The notes under the pieces are model-generated. The model was not told where the DNA came from, ran no database searches, and worked only from the letters and a program-made list of their open reading frames with translations. Positions 18,294 to 27,587 of a DNA stretch of 64,000 nt are shown here, piece by piece; within the stretch, counting starts at the first letter, position 1, and every line of letters starts with the position of its first letter. This DNA is from an uncultured virus (IMG/VR IMGVR_UViG_3300042540_001200) (Duplodnaviria > Heunggongvirae > Uroviricota > Caudoviricetes), in the IMG/VR virus record IMGVR_UViG_3300042540_001200, positions 1 through 64,000 of that record, one strand, 5' to 3'. Made by a program: the position numbers and the translations under genes.

Positions 18294-18532
18294 GCTAATT
18301 CACCAAAATTAGTTATATAGCGTTGTCGTAATTCATCAGTTACATTAGTACAATTTGTTTCTATTAACTTAAGAAAAACATCATTAATTGGCATACCTAT
18401 AAAGTTTTTGTTAGCAATAACAGGTAAAATCTCATTATTTTCAAGTTTCATGTGTCCTATAACATAGGCTACACCATAACAATCATCTACATCATATTTA
18501 ACAAAATCACCAAGTTTAAACATTTTCTTCAT
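18290..18532 (-). CDS. hypothetical protein
   Basis: 80 aa coupled ORF. Confidence 0.6.
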   Translation of the reverse strand: MKKMFKLGDFVKYDVDDCYGVAYVIGHMKLENNEILPVIANKNFIGMPINDVFLKLIETNCTNVTDELRQRYITNFGELA

Positions 18533-18908
18533 CCTTTGCTATACGTGCGTTTTTTAAATCAAACCAAGCTAATACTTCTTTTGATTCTAAATCTCTAACT
18601 AAATTTATAATATGTAAGGTTAATTTATGTTTTTGATAGTCATAAGCAGGTTGGTTGTTTATTGCTTCATCCCAATCACGTGTATTAAATGCACCACAAT
18701 AGTAAAGTTTTTCAAACATTTGCTGTAAACATGTTTTCATTTGTGGAGTGCAATATACACCTGATGATATTTCCATAGCTAAACACAAAGCTTGTGCATG
18801 TGTCATCACTAAACCATTCCAATAAACAATATACTCATCATATTTTGGAAGATATACTAAAACAGGTTTAGCATCAAGTATACTCCAACTATGTTCAGGT
18901 CTATTCAT
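18516..18908 (-). CDS. hypothetical protein
   Basis: Likely start MNRPEHSW overlapping upstream stop. Confidence 0.65.
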   Translation of the reverse strand: MNRPEHSWSILDAKPVLVYLPKYDEYIVYWNGLVMTHAQALCLAMEISSGVYCTPQMKTCLQQMFEKLYYCGAFNTRDWDEAINNQPAYDYQKHKLTLHIINLVRDLESKEVLAWFDLKNARIAKDEENV

Positions 18909-19524
18909 ATTCTTCCATTGAAGTAAATTTCCAAGCACTGATATCATTCTGTACAATATTTTCAATCAACCCATCAACAGGGCGATACCCATAGGTACAA
19001 TATTTTACTAAACGTTTTGCAGCTTGTGGTTGTAGCGGATAATTCATACGTAAAACTTTATTACGAATATCGCTTGCTGTATGTTCACCGATAACCCAAT
19101 TTGTGCCATCTGTGCCTATTTGACACACACTAATATCAAAACTATTAACTACATCCTGTAAACTATCATAAAAACGTTTAGTGATAATTTGTACAGTCCA
19201 ATACCGTCTAATCTTTGATTTGGAAACATAAGCGTAAGTTAAAGCATTTTCTGTATGATATTTTTCTTGTACAGTAGCCTGAGCATGTAATCTTTGTTTT
19301 AACTCTTTTACTTGATTACTATCAACACAAAAAATATCAATATCAGCTTGATCTATGGGTTTATGTTGATACCATTGTAAACATGACCCACCCGCAATAA
19401 AAGGACCTTGTGGTGTGGGACATATTACCCTAACAGGTTCTTGATCATCTGCATGAACTAAAGGATAATCCTTCTTAGGTTCTTCAGGTTTACCAAATAA
19501 ATCATCAAAAGAAAAGCGACTCAT
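18901..19524 (-). CDS. nucleotidyltransferase (CCA/poly(A) polymerase head-like)
   Basis: FIAGGS...DIDIF and FDISVCQ motifs. Confidence 0.75.
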   Translation of the reverse strand: MSRFSFDDLFGKPEEPKKDYPLVHADDQEPVRVICPTPQGPFIAGGSCLQWYQHKPIDQADIDIFCVDSNQVKELKQRLHAQATVQEKYHTENALTYAYVSKSKIRRYWTVQIITKRFYDSLQDVVNSFDISVCQIGTDGTNWVIGEHTASDIRNKVLRMNYPLQPQAAKRLVKYCTYGYRPVDGLIENIVQNDISAWKFTSMEEYE

Positions 19525-19739
19525 ACAATTTTTTTATCTTGGAGCAAAGTTTCAAAAGTGCCAAACAATTGTTCAAATTTTACAGCATAAATTGTTTCCA
19601 ACCCTAGCAAATAGTTTGAAATTTGATCTTTAGTAAAGTTATCATTTTCAAGAACTTGCTCGTTTAACAATTTAATTTCATCAGTAATACCCCAACAACC
19701 TAAAATTTGTTGCTCTAAGTCAAAACGATCTGCCATCAT
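19521..19739 (-). CDS. hypothetical protein
   Basis: DRFDLEQQILGCW; SD AGGAG. Confidence 0.75.
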   Translation of the reverse strand: MMADRFDLEQQILGCWGITDEIKLLNEQVLENDNFTKDQISNYLLGLETIYAVKFEQLFGTFETLLQDKKIV

Positions 19740-20010
19740 ATTCTCCTATACCAAAACGTTGTTGTATAACTTGTTTTACTGCAATAAGTGCTGCGTTCCA
19801 ACTTGGTGTATCGTAGGGGTCACCATCAGTGCCAACTCCACTATAACCACGCAAATCATCGCATACATTGAAACATTCTGCAAGCACTAATTCAGTTAAA
19901 TTCATTAAATCTGCTAATGCAGGTTCACTATGTACACCATATTTTGGGCTAGCATATTCTGTACGCAAAACGTTAGCCTGTCTAGCAATTTCAATAATTT
20001 TACTGTTCAT
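19720..20010 (-). CDS. MNxxIxExAxQA...FG family paralog
   Basis: MNSKIIEIARQA...ELVLAEC...QRFGIGE. Confidence 0.75.
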   Translation of the reverse strand: MNSKIIEIARQANVLRTEYASPKYGVHSEPALADLMNLTELVLAECFNVCDDLRGYSGVGTDGDPYDTPSWNAALIAVKQVIQQRFGIGEYDGRSF

Positions 20011-20252
20011 TAATTTACGCTCATGTTCCTACTACAATTTTTACCACAATTTTCTGTCCAATTAGTTGATCCTTGGCAATTAGTAAAATAACGATAATTT
20101 CCACCATCAACAAATCTATATACAGTGCATCCATCATGAGTAAACAATTTGTCCACTTTAAAGTCTACACCTGCTGCAGTAGTTGACTCAGGTTGTTTTG
20201 CACTACAAGAAATTAAAGTAAGCATTGCCAAAAATATAAGAAGGTACCTCAT
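20010..20252 (-). CDS. putative lipoprotein
   Basis: Signal peptide with lipobox LISC; LFTHDGCTVYRF. Confidence 0.75.
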   Translation of the reverse strand: MRYLLIFLAMLTLISCSAKQPESTTAAGVDFKVDKLFTHDGCTVYRFVDGGNYRYFTNCQGSTNWTENCGKNCSRNMSVN

Positions 20253-20488
20253 TTTTCAATCCCAAAGTGTTTTAATATAATACGTTCACATCTTTTATAT
20301 AATGCTTGATCCACTTTATATTCAATATCGCTTTCATAAAGGTTGGGTTCTAATGATAGTAAGCATTCTTGTATAATGAGATCAGCAAACTTTTCTATAG
20401 CCTTGTGATCATAGTCATCCATACTATCCCAACAACCTTGTGCTGTCAGTCCTGCACGATACATTAGATCCTCAAGGCGACTATTCAT
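20249..20488 (-). CDS. MNxRI...HFG family paralog
   Basis: EKFADLIIQEC...KHFGIEK. Confidence 0.8.
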   Translation of the reverse strand: MNSRLEDLMYRAGLTAQGCWDSMDDYDHKAIEKFADLIIQECLLSLEPNLYESDIEYKVDQALYKRCERIILKHFGIEK

Positions 20489-20709
20489 TCTTCAACTCCG
20501 AAATGTTCTCTAATTTCTTCGTAAATATCTAATGCCTCGTGATCGGCTGCAACATTGGCACATTCCTTCACAATCAACTCGGCGAACTTTTCTGTCCATT
20601 CATGAAGGAAAGTAAAATCTACCTCTCCACCATCATCAACAAAACTACCAAATTTTTCTTTGGTGTCATCCCAAGCCTGTTCAGCAAGTTCTTTAATTCG
20701 TTCGTTCAT
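20485..20709 (-). CDS. MNERIKELAEQ...HFGVEE family paralog
   Basis: Start re-assigned to MNERIKELAEQA. Confidence 0.8.
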   Translation of the reverse strand: MNERIKELAEQAWDDTKEKFGSFVDDGGEVDFTFLHEWTEKFAELIVKECANVAADHEALDIYEEIREHFGVEE

Positions 20710-20719
20710 TCTTCTAATC

Positions 20720-20803
20720 CTAATTCTTTTGCCAGCCCCAAACAAAACCAGTGACAAAACCTATCACATAACAGGCCAGCAATGCCAAACCAATCTCGTT
20801 CAT
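20720..20803 (-). CDS. small membrane peptide (27 aa)
   Basis: MNEIGLALLACYVIGFVTGFVWGWQKN; GGAG SD and ATGA overlap. Confidence 0.5.
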   Translation of the reverse strand: MNEIGLALLACYVIGFVTGFVWGWQKN

Positions 20804-20964
20804 TCTTTAACTCCTTGAACCATTTCATCCAATTCTTTTGCCAAGTCATTCATACGATAGCGACCTTCTATCTTGGAACCGATGTAGCGATTATCATAGT
20901 AATCACCGTTTTGGCGTTCACGCTCGTCTAAATACTCTTCTAACACTTCAGTAAACTTTCTCAT
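20800..20964 (-). CDS. hypothetical protein (54 aa)
   Basis: Not in ORF track; MRKFTEVLEEYLDER...QGVKE; ATGA overlaps at both ends. Confidence 0.7.
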   Translation of the reverse strand: MRKFTEVLEEYLDERERQNGDYYDNRYIGSKIEGRYRMNDLAKELDEMVQGVKE

Positions 20965-21209
20965 TCTTCAACTCCGAAATGTTCTTTTAGACCTTGAATA
21001 TTATCATAACACTTTTCAGCACAAATTTCAAAATTTGATTGAAAAACAGGATCTTCTTCTGATTCAGAAAGACCAAACAATCTTTCTGCTTCATTGTCGA
21101 GATATTGGCAACATTCTCTGACAATCAACTCGGCGAACTTTTCCGGGATAATAAACCCATGCTCTGGATCATAACATTGTTCAGCAAGTTCTTTAATTCT
21201 CTTGTTCAT
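20961..21209 (-). CDS. MNKRIKELAEQ...HFGVEE family paralog
   Basis: EKFAELIVREC...KEHFGVEE. Confidence 0.8.
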   Translation of the reverse strand: MNKRIKELAEQCYDPEHGFIIPEKFAELIVRECCQYLDNEAERLFGLSESEEDPVFQSNFEICAEKCYDNIQGLKEHFGVEE

Positions 21210-21303
21210 TATACTTTCCTATTAAGGACAAACCCTTTAAAGTAGATAAAAAAAGCTTTAGCTACATGCTTCATTTGACGTAAATAATATTGACGGTATG
21301 ACA

Positions 21304-21498
21304 TTATTCCATTCCAAAATGTTCTTTAATGGCTCGTGCAGTGGCACTATCACCATTAAACACTGCAAGTTTAATACATTCAAAAAGAATTAAATTAGCA
21401 AATTGCTCTAGATCGGGTTGTGCAAATGGAATCTCAAAGCCTAACCTGTCATACTTTCTTGTCGCCTGTTCAGCTAATAACTTAATTTGTTCATTCAT
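21304..21498 (-). CDS. MNEQIKLLAEQA...HFGME family paralog
   Basis: EQFANLILFEC...IKEHFGME. Confidence 0.8.
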   Translation of the reverse strand: MNEQIKLLAEQATRKYDRLGFEIPFAQPDLEQFANLILFECIKLAVFNGDSATARAIKEHFGME

Positions 21499-21600
21499 TG
21501 AATTATTCCTGTCAAGAACATAATTACAGTAGCAACAAAAATTAAGATCATACCAATACCAACTATAACATCAGGCATAAGCGATTCATTCTTAAGAATA

Positions 21601-21771
21601 TTACTTAACATCTTTCGCAATTTGGGCAAGTTGTTTTAAATCATCATATGTAGTTTGACAATCATACAAAAACCACAGGATATCTGTCAACGGTTTTTTT
21701 TGATCAATCATATCCTGTAGCATATCTACTGTTCGTACATGCTGTCCAAACATTGTTCCACCTGAGTACAT
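21601..21771 (-). CDS. hypothetical protein
   Basis: Likely start MYSGGTMF after GGAG. Confidence 0.55.
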   Translation of the reverse strand: MYSGGTMFGQHVRTVDMLQDMIDQKKPLTDILWFLYDCQTTYDDLKQLAQIAKDVK

Positions 21772-21772
21772 T

Positions 21773-22093
21773 TTACATGCTCCAATAAAGTTCACTTGAA
21801 GGATCACAACAACGTGGCGTATCTGCAGGAATCACAACTTTTTCACCTGTCATGTAGTTTTTAACAGTCTTCATTTCTTCAGTGGGTATTTCAACTTTTT
21901 CTACCTTCATCATCTTAAGGTAAGAATCGGAAGCACACATCATAATAGTGTTGGACTTCCCCATAATTTCAATAATTATCCAAGGGGTCATTGCACCATC
22001 ACCTGCAGGGGCAAGGAAGATTTTTTTGATAGTACCGAGAAGGTTACCTGCTGCAGAAACCCAAGTAATTGTGTCAGCTACGTTCAAGTTCAT
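21773..22093 (-). CDS. hypothetical early protein
   Basis: Start MNLNVADT (or MEM at 22099) after AAGGAG and consensus promoter; ends DTPRCCDPSSELYWSM. Confidence 0.75.
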   Translation of the reverse strand: MNLNVADTITWVSAAGNLLGTIKKIFLAPAGDGAMTPWIIIEIMGKSNTIMMCASDSYLKMMKVEKVEIPTEEMKTVKNYMTGEKVVIPADTPRCCDPSSELYWSM

Positions 22094-22123
22094 TTCCATC
22101 TCCTTGTTAATCACCATACATGT

Positions 22124-22152
22124 AGTATATGAAAAAACAGAATTAGTGTCAA
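22124..22152 (-). promoter_or_regulatory. sigma70-type early promoter
   Basis: TTGACA-17-TATACT heading the mini-gene array. Confidence 0.85.
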
Positions 22153-22352
22153 GCGTTTTTTGTACTGTTGGTTTTTTGCGAATTCTCAAAGCATGGAACA
22201 CAGTATGCTCCATAGGCAGGACCACGATTTGCGCTTACTGCTGTCTTACATACACTACACATGATAAAAGCGTGTGTAACAATTTGTCCTTTTTCAGCGG
22301 GGTAAATAGGACTACCATCACTGTAATATCCTAATGGCTTTTTATTATTCAT
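22149..22352 (-). CDS. small Zn-finger protein
   Basis: CSVC...CVPC; ATGA overlap with rnh stop. Confidence 0.6.
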   Translation of the reverse strand: MNNKKPLGYYSDGSPIYPAEKGQIVTHAFIMCSVCKTAVSANRGPAYGAYCVPCFENSQKTNSTKNA

Positions 22353-23392
22353 GCTGCTTCCGTAACAAGTTTTAAATTTCCAACATATGCCCCACGCAAC
22401 CATTCAACATAAAAATTAGCTGATTCAGAAATTTTAATTAACTGATACTTACCACAAAATCTCATAAACTCAGTGCCAACTTGTCCAACAGGTTGCTTAT
22501 TTACAGCAGTTTTTATCACATTATCTAACTCATTAATAATTTCTTGTGGTTGCATCGTTAAATCGATAAGCACACGGTTACGCTCATAATCATCTTTTAC
22601 TTTATGTTCAACGCCGTTATGATCAACCCAACGTTGTTGCATGACATTGTTCCAATTAAATCCTTTTTTATCTCTATCAGCATATGCTTCAATTAAACCA
22701 ATGGTTTTTTTAGTAGATTTTTTACGTACACCTGGGTATGCGCTAAAGATGTTATCAGTACTATCACCACGCATACATTTTTCAAACAATATAAATTGTG
22801 GGTCACCAACTTGCTTATGTTCTTTAGTTTTATTATCTACAACGGGTTTACCATGTTCATCATAATAGCCTTTTATAGTGATTAATTGATTAGCAATGCT
22901 ATTATAACGTTGTACATTATGTGCTAATAGTTGATCAAAATCGGTGTCACTGCTGATTATGATATGTTCATTATTTGGATGTAATTGAATAAAACGTGCA
23001 ATTACATCATCAGCTTCTGCTACATCACATCTAATAACAGATACATTAGTTTTTTCTCGTAAGTACTTTATAAAATCGTTATAAGTTTGATTAAACAATT
23101 CATCAAGTTGTACTTCGCTAGTAGTTTTAGCAGCATCTTTGACTAAACGATTACGCTTGTATGGTTCATAAAATTGTTTACGCCAACTACGACCTTCAAG
23201 GGCAAAGATAACATGCACAGGTATATTAGCACCAAACTTGCGAACCATAGTGTTAGCACTTTGTAATGTAAGATGTAATGCCATACCAATACGTTCATCA
23301 TCACTGTCACTACGACTAGCTATATATTTAGATTTGAAAAATAGATTAGCGGTATCAATAATGATGTACTTAACTGACTTCAGATCTTCCAT
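22349..23392 (-). CDS. rnh: RNase H / 5'-3' exonuclease (T4 rnh-like)
   Basis: IIDTAN, SWRK...YK.NR, EADDVIA, SSDTDF, GDSTDNI. Confidence 0.92.
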   Translation of the reverse strand: MEDLKSVKYIIIDTANLFFKSKYIASRSDSDDERIGMALHLTLQSANTMVRKFGANIPVHVIFALEGRSWRKQFYEPYKRNRLVKDAAKTTSEVQLDELFNQTYNDFIKYLREKTNVSVIRCDVAEADDVIARFIQLHPNNEHIIISSDTDFDQLLAHNVQRYNSIANQLITIKGYYDEHGKPVVDNKTKEHKQVGDPQFILFEKCMRGDSTDNIFSAYPGVRKKSTKKTIGLIEAYADRDKKGFNWNNVMQQRWVDHNGVEHKVKDDYERNRVLIDLTMQPQEIINELDNVIKTAVNKQPVGQVGTEFMRFCGKYQLIKISESANFYVEWLRGAYVGNLKLVTEAA

Positions 23393-23795
23393 TTCCTATG
23401 TCCTTAGATTTAACGATACGTAAATCGTTTTCACGGTTGTAGGGATCAGCATTTTGTTGTTCATAAACTTCTAGTGCAATATTACGACAAACTGTTTGAA
23501 ACCAACGATCTACAATATCTGCTTCAGAATCATCAGGTTTAATTTTATAACCTGCTTTGATTAAGTTTATCACAAATTTATCATTAAAGTCAAGCTCAAA
23601 ACTACCTGCATTAATATTGCTAGGATCAAGGTCTACTCTTACAATAGCTACATAGGGTTCATTATTTTTGTTGGCTAACTCCTTAGGTGTTAGTTCAGGT
23701 TTTTTTGGTTCTTTAGCAACCTTTTTTGGAATCTCAGGTGGATCAGGTGGTAGTGGAATTGGTTTATTCCACAATGCTTTTATTTTATCAAACAT
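23370..23795 (-). CDS. hypothetical protein
   Basis: GSFELDFN...IVDRWFQ; likely start MFDKIK. Confidence 0.75.
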   Translation of the reverse strand: MFDKIKALWNKPIPLPPDPPEIPKKVAKEPKKPELTPKELANKNNEPYVAIVRVDLDPSNINAGSFELDFNDKFVINLIKAGYKIKPDDSEADIVDRWFQTVCRNIALEVYEQQNADPYNRENDLRIVKSKDIGNGRSEVS

Positions 23796-24834
23796 AACTA
23801 TCCTCAACAATCAATGTATTACTTTTGTTGTATGCTTCAAATAAACGCATACTAGCAAGATTTTTTGCTTTACTTTCGCACATAATATCACCCCATACCC
23901 AATGTGACATTGCCCATTGGTTTACTGCATTATTCCAAAAGAAGTCACTATGTGCTCGTAATTCTTGTTTCTTATGACCACTTTCATTGAGCATAGTATA
24001 GTTAGGTAAGGTGTTTGCATCGTGTTTTACAAGTACATCCTCACGACTGACAGAATAATGGATGACAGGGCGCACACCCCTCCAACTATGAATAACCCTA
24101 TCGATGCGTTCATCATCCAAGGCGATATACTCTCCTGTTTTACACCAATGGTGATGAATGTCGAGCACAATAGGAACAACATCACTAAGTTGAAGGCAAT
24201 CATCGAGTCCATAAGTTATTTCTTCATTTTCAATGGTAATACAATTTCTTGCTTCTGTAGAGAGTCTTGCAAGTGCATGGCGAAAACCTGCGGCACCTTG
24301 TTTACCCGCAAGGTGGATGTTGATTTTAAAGTCTTGGAAGTGTTTGCCATACCCCATGTAACGTGCCATATCTGCATGATACTCAAACTCCTTTATTGAA
24401 TTCTCAACAATGTTCTCGTTATCACTAGCAAGAACACAAAACTGACCAGGATGAAAAGACAAACGTACACCGTTTTCTCTAGCACTATCACCAATAGTTG
24501 CAAAATGCCTCTCAAGATATCGAACAACATCAGGTTGTTGATAAAAGTAGCTCCATGATGATTCTGTATATACAGGCAAGATATCACTACTAAGGCGAAC
24601 CATCCTAAGTTCTTCACGTAACCCTCCAACACGTTTGACTAATAATCGTGTTGCTTCAAGATTACCTTTCATTAAATCCCAAAGTTTATCTTCGGCAACA
24701 CTGCGTACTTGTTTATTTAACCAAGTTCGTGTGGTAGTACCTGTATTGTATTTCTTGCAATCGTCGGTGGGTTTAATACCATTAACCTGATCAGCATTGT
24801 CAATCCATTTACAGGCAAATCCTAGTTTACGCAT
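23788..24834 (-). CDS. uvsE: UV damage endonuclease
   Basis: RLSSD, SFHPGQF, IENEE, LDIHHH, HYS, RAHSD, ESKAK. Confidence 0.93.
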   Translation of the reverse strand: MRKLGFACKWIDNADQVNGIKPTDDCKKYNTGTTTRTWLNKQVRSVAEDKLWDLMKGNLEATRLLVKRVGGLREELRMVRLSSDILPVYTESSWSYFYQQPDVVRYLERHFATIGDSARENGVRLSFHPGQFCVLASDNENIVENSIKEFEYHADMARYMGYGKHFQDFKINIHLAGKQGAAGFRHALARLSTEARNCITIENEEITYGLDDCLQLSDVVPIVLDIHHHWCKTGEYIALDDERIDRVIHSWRGVRPVIHYSVSREDVLVKHDANTLPNYTMLNESGHKKQELRAHSDFFWNNAVNQWAMSHWVWGDIMCESKAKNLASMRLFEAYNKSNTLIVEDSYV

Positions 24835-24836
24835 GA

Positions 24837-25049
24837 TTAAGCACTTTCAATAAGTTGTGCGGCAAGTTCATTAAGTTGTTTACTTGGTATAAACAGTTCA
24901 AAAGTACTAGTCATTATACACACTTTTTTCTCTACATCATACATTTCACGGGTAAAAGTTACTGCTCGCATATCATACGGTGATGTACAAGGTTCAACTT
25001 TCATATACAATTTAAAATCAGGGCGGTCAACAAGATATTTCATCATCAT
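24837..25049 (-). CDS. hypothetical protein
   Basis: 70 aa, GGAG SD, TTGTAT-17-TATAAT upstream. Confidence 0.7.
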   Translation of the reverse strand: MMMKYLVDRPDFKLYMKVEPCTSPYDMRAVTFTREMYDVEKKVCIMTSTFELFIPSKQLNELAAQLIESA

Positions 25050-25105
25050 TCTCCAAAGAATTTAGATTATAACAAACAACTAAATTGAATACAAGTGTGG
25101 TAAAA

Positions 25106-25585
25106 TTACCACTTCTCACTTTTATTAACACGTTGCATTTCAGCTTCCATCACCCGCTTGCGTAATGAACTTGAACTAAAACTGTGATCACGACCATTGT
25201 ATATTAGTTCAATACCACGATCAACGCATATTTGTTTACCTGTAAAATCTTTATCTTTGTACTCTATACCAAGAATACGCATATCAATAGGTAAGACAAG
25301 AAACAAATCTTCTAAATCTTTTTCAGTATTATAAATTACAATTTCATCAACAAAACGGGTTGCGCTTAATTGTATTTGGCGTTCTACAATACTTTGAACA
25401 GGTTGGTTTTTAGTTGGTCTATCTAAACTTGCATCATTTTGTAATGCCGCTATTAAATAATCACAATGTTGTTTGGCTTCGCTTAACATTGCAATATGCC
25501 CTGCGTGTAGTAAATCAAATTGACTACAAGTGATTCCTATTTTTAAATCACTATTTTTTAATTCTTTAATACGATTGAATATCAT
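25106..25585 (-). CDS. cytidylyltransferase (TagD-like)
   Basis: FDLLHAGH HxGH motif, ER, SSSSLR. Confidence 0.9.
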   Translation of the reverse strand: MIFNRIKELKNSDLKIGITCSQFDLLHAGHIAMLSEAKQHCDYLIAALQNDASLDRPTKNQPVQSIVERQIQLSATRFVDEIVIYNTEKDLEDLFLVLPIDMRILGIEYKDKDFTGKQICVDRGIELIYNGRDHSFSSSSLRKRVMEAEMQRVNKSEKW

Positions 25586-25621
25586 AAAAAACCCCTATCT
25601 GTTATTTAGATAGGGGTTTTT
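25586..25621. terminator. hairpin/terminator containing TAAATA
   Basis: AAAAACCCCTATCT/AGATAGGGGTTTTT inverted repeat. Confidence 0.75.
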
Positions 25622-25627
25622 GTGAAT

Positions 25628-25855
25628 TTAAAAATCTGACTCCATTTTTTTCAAATCTTCTTCCCACATGTTTTTGCAATTTTTGCCTTTTAAAAACTTT
25701 TGGTATTGTTGAAATGCATAACTACGCATATTAGTAAGGTCACGCTCGTCATAACGATACCCATAATCTTTACAAAATTCTAAATAATTCTCAAGTTGTT
25801 CAAAAATTGGTTCGTTAGTACCAAATACGCTACGACTTTTACTTACTTTACTCAT
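25628..25855 (-). CDS. hypothetical protein
   Basis: LENYLEFCKDYGYRYDE. Confidence 0.75.
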   Translation of the reverse strand: MSKVSKSRSVFGTNEPIFEQLENYLEFCKDYGYRYDERDLTNMRSYAFQQYQKFLKGKNCKNMWEEDLKKMESDF

Positions 25856-25868
25856 GCTTATAATTTCC

Positions 25869-26246
25869 TTAAATTTTAACTACTAAGTTAGGTTTATGAT
25901 TACGATAATGTGTGGTTATTGCTGAACCACTGCTTTCTGTTGTAGTAATTTTAATATCACTGTCAACAAAATAGGTTGCTAATCTGAGGAAAAGTTCATC
26001 TGAAATTTTTTGACAATACTCCAAATCATAATCAGATTTAGGTTTTCCTATGTCAGCTTCATCAACATCATTAATTATTTTATTAATGAAGTCAATATTA
26101 AAACTATTATCTTTAACTTCTACGACAATGTTTGTTCTAAAAAAGTTTTTAATTCTAGACTTTTTTCTAATGTATATCAAACGTTCCGACATAACACGTT
26201 CGTTACGTTCTTTTAAAGCAAAATTACGTTGTGCGGTATAATCCAT
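25869..26246 (-). CDS. hypothetical protein, possible degenerate QueD-like fold
   Basis: Coupled ORF; resemblance weak. Confidence 0.6.
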   Translation of the reverse strand: MDYTAQRNFALKERNERVMSERLIYIRKKSRIKNFFRTNIVVEVKDNSFNIDFINKIINDVDEADIGKPKSDYDLEYCQKISDELFLRLATYFVDSDIKITTTESSGSAITTHYRNHKPNLVVKI

Positions 26247-26464
26247 TATCTATCATCGCCCCATAGTTCAGTTTCACGTCCACTAGTAGCTTCAAATTGA
26301 AGTTTGTTAAATCTTGCAATTTCATCTTTAATTTGTAGCTTGCGCTTTTTTAAGTTTGTTACTTGCTCAGGAATATAATGCTTTTGTTTTTCAATGTCAA
26401 GTATTTGATTATCTAAAGCTCGGTGCATTTCTTCTAAATGTTTGATACGCTCACGATATGGCAT
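26246..26464 (-). CDS. DUF465/YdcH-like coiled-coil protein
   Basis: HRALDNQI...LKKRKLQIKDEI. Confidence 0.8.
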   Translation of the reverse strand: MPYRERIKHLEEMHRALDNQILDIEKQKHYIPEQVTNLKKRKLQIKDEIARFNKLQFEATSGRETELWGDDR

Positions 26465-26466
26465 GA

Positions 26467-26808
26467 TTACCCTCCTTTATGATCCTTTACTAAGGTTAAT
26501 ATTAGTTCCATTTTTTCTTTAATTTCAGCAACAGCAGGATATTCTTGAGCTAATTTGTCAAGTTCATTTTCTTTTTTCATTTTTTCTATTGCCCAATTTA
26601 ACACTGTTTGTGTTTGATTGTCAAATTCTATAGTTGGATTTTGCCAATTTAGTTGTCTCCAAGTCATACCATCATTTATTTCTAAACAATTCATGTTTGG
26701 GTTCCAACGAACATGCCCTGCTCCTGACGCTCCAGGACTTATATACGGATCAGCATAATAGGTTTGGTTAATAGTTAAACCTTTTCCTACGTTAATATTT
26801 TTAATCAT
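26467..26808 (-). CDS. hypothetical protein
   Basis: GHVRWN...EINDG.TW; coupled to clamp. Confidence 0.75.
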   Translation of the reverse strand: MIKNINVGKGLTINQTYYADPYISPGASGAGHVRWNPNMNCLEINDGMTWRQLNWQNPTIEFDNQTQTVLNWAIEKMKKENELDKLAQEYPAVAEIKEKMELILTLVKDHKGG

Positions 26809-27524
26809 GATGTTTGTGCAGGTAACATATATTCATAATCTGCTAAACCACTATCCACCGTGATTTTCATAGCAGGGGAATCACTTATGTGTATGACTTT
26901 GTCGCCTGGGAGGTCCATGATGCTAATAAACTGCTTGACAGGCCATGCCCATGATTTAGTAATCTTACCGCTAACCATTGGCTCAAATACAAAATTTCCA
27001 CTATGGGTGGTTACATTGCCCATGTATACTTTTAAATCTTTACCATCTTGTTTTAATATAAAAGTTGATTCATCATTGTTAGCTTGTAACTGTTTTTTAA
27101 GACGTTGTATACTAGTTACTTTAGGTTCGAATTGTATGTTCCATGTAGCACCTGCAAATTTGACAGGTTTAATTTTTTCTTCAACTAATACCTTTGACAT
27201 TAAACGATAATCATTGACAAAATCGCCACTTGATGTTTCAAAGTGTATTGTAGTAGGTAAATCATTTGTTTTAACCATATTAATTGAAGATGTTTCATCA
27301 TATTCTTCAAACCTTAGAATGGTTCTTAACTTCATTAAGTTGGGCATACCAAATATACCCTCAAAATCAGGATGTGGTGTTTTAAACACACCCTTTAGTA
27401 TGACAGTACGATCTTCTGCAATAGCATTGATCACTGTTTCATCATCCGTACCTGATACCTTGATAAGATCAATAAAACCAAGTGCACAGGTATGTTGAAT
27501 TAAATCTAATAAGTTGTCACGCAT
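26805..27524 (-). CDS. gp45: DNA polymerase sliding clamp (gp45-like)
   Basis: 239 aa two-domain alpha/beta pattern directly downstream of polB; ends YEYMLPA. Confidence 0.7.
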   Translation of the reverse strand: MRDNLLDLIQHTCALGFIDLIKVSGTDDETVINAIAEDRTVILKGVFKTPHPDFEGIFGMPNLMKLRTILRFEEYDETSSINMVKTNDLPTTIHFETSSGDFVNDYRLMSKVLVEEKIKPVKFAGATWNIQFEPKVTSIQRLKKQLQANNDESTFILKQDGKDLKVYMGNVTTHSGNFVFEPMVSGKITKSWAWPVKQFISIMDLPGDKVIHISDSPAMKITVDSGLADYEYMLPAQTS

Positions 27525-27587
27525 TTAAAATCCTTTAAGTTTTGTAATTATAATCATTCACTTTTATTAATCAATAATTTTAGACAA

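Larger units (their letters stand above)
20485..21199 (-). repeat. three pairs of exact direct repeats (25, 23 and 22 bp) between paralogous mini-genes
   Basis: 20485-20509 = 20961-20985; 20570-20592 = 21121-21143; 20678-20699 = 21178-21199. Confidence 0.9.

Noticed and set aside
20485..21199. Direct repeats with variable intervening DNA as a possible CRISPR array
   Set aside because: Three different repeats, each in two copies, all in coding frame and irregularly spaced; no cas genes
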